Shown piece after piece: positions 63,204-64,000 of a stretch of 64,000 bases of DNA. Each line of letters opens with the position of its first letter. The stretch's first letter is position 1. The notes below the pieces were generated by a model. That model had not been told where the DNA came from, ran no database searches, and was given only the letters and a program-made list of their open reading frames with translations. The position numbers and the translations under genes were made by a program. The stretch comes from the human T2T-CHM13v2.0 reference genome, Homo sapiens: NCBI RefSeq assembly GCF_009914755.1, contig NC_060933.1. One strand, written 5' to 3'.

Positions 63204-63368
63204 CAGTTTGTATTTGATCACAGGAAGCCAGGCTGAGCTTTCATATATGATGTCACTTCACCTGAGCTAAAAGGTATAAACAAAATAAAAACTTATAAAT
63301 GCACTGGTTACTTTTCTATAGTAGGCATTATCCAATTGTATTTAGAAAAATTATTCCAGCTATTTTTT

Positions 63369-63695
<327 letters not shown>

Positions 63696-64000
63696 TTAAA
63701 AAATTTGTAATATTATAAACTCTCTCACTGCTATGTATTTTTCTTAAAGATACTTTTCATGGCTGTAGAACATTTCATCTCCTGTATGTTCTAAAGTCCT
63801 CCTAATGCTTCCCCAATATTTGGGCACTGAAAGTTGCACTTTCCACTCATTTCATCGCCTACCTCCATTTCTTGGGATTGTTTTTCCATTGTTGCCCATC
63901 TTTGCTCAGGCTGTTTCTTTGGCTTGGAAAGGATCCAATCTTCCCTTTCTATCTCCTTGTCTTAAGTCCTTCCCTTCTAGCATAAGTCCTATCACCTTTC

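Overview
Primate (human-like) genomic DNA, dense in Alu and L1, containing the 3' end of SLC44A1 (choline transporter-like protein 1, CTL1) on the + strand. Two internal phase-0 coding exons (5728-5964, 8027-8107) are followed by two alternative terminal exons. The proximal one encodes ...ELKPM-ASGASSA* (11664-11687) with a ~8.3 kb 3'UTR ending at tandem AATAAA near 19950. The distal one lies 52.8 kb downstream of the donor and encodes ...ELKPM-LKKR* (60927-60941) with a ~0.2 kb 3'UTR. The frame also stays open for 69 codons past the 8108 donor. The remainder is intron or flank: about 45 Alus, old L1/L2/MIR, two MER30, two MLT1 LTRs, one HERV-H/F-class solo LTR and microsatellites. Nearly all ORFs in the supplied track are repeat-derived noise. 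I find no new gene or new multi-gene system. The best leads are candidate regulators of CTL1 C-terminus and 3'UTR choice: cryptic splice sites after the penultimate exon, an in-frame upstream acceptor plus a UG repeat at the distal exon, inverted repeats around the proximal exon and its poly(A) site, a divergent pair of identical CTCF motifs, and an antisense LTR that kept its TATA box but apparently lost its poly(A) signal. Repeat boundaries and subfamilies were called by eye and are approximate.
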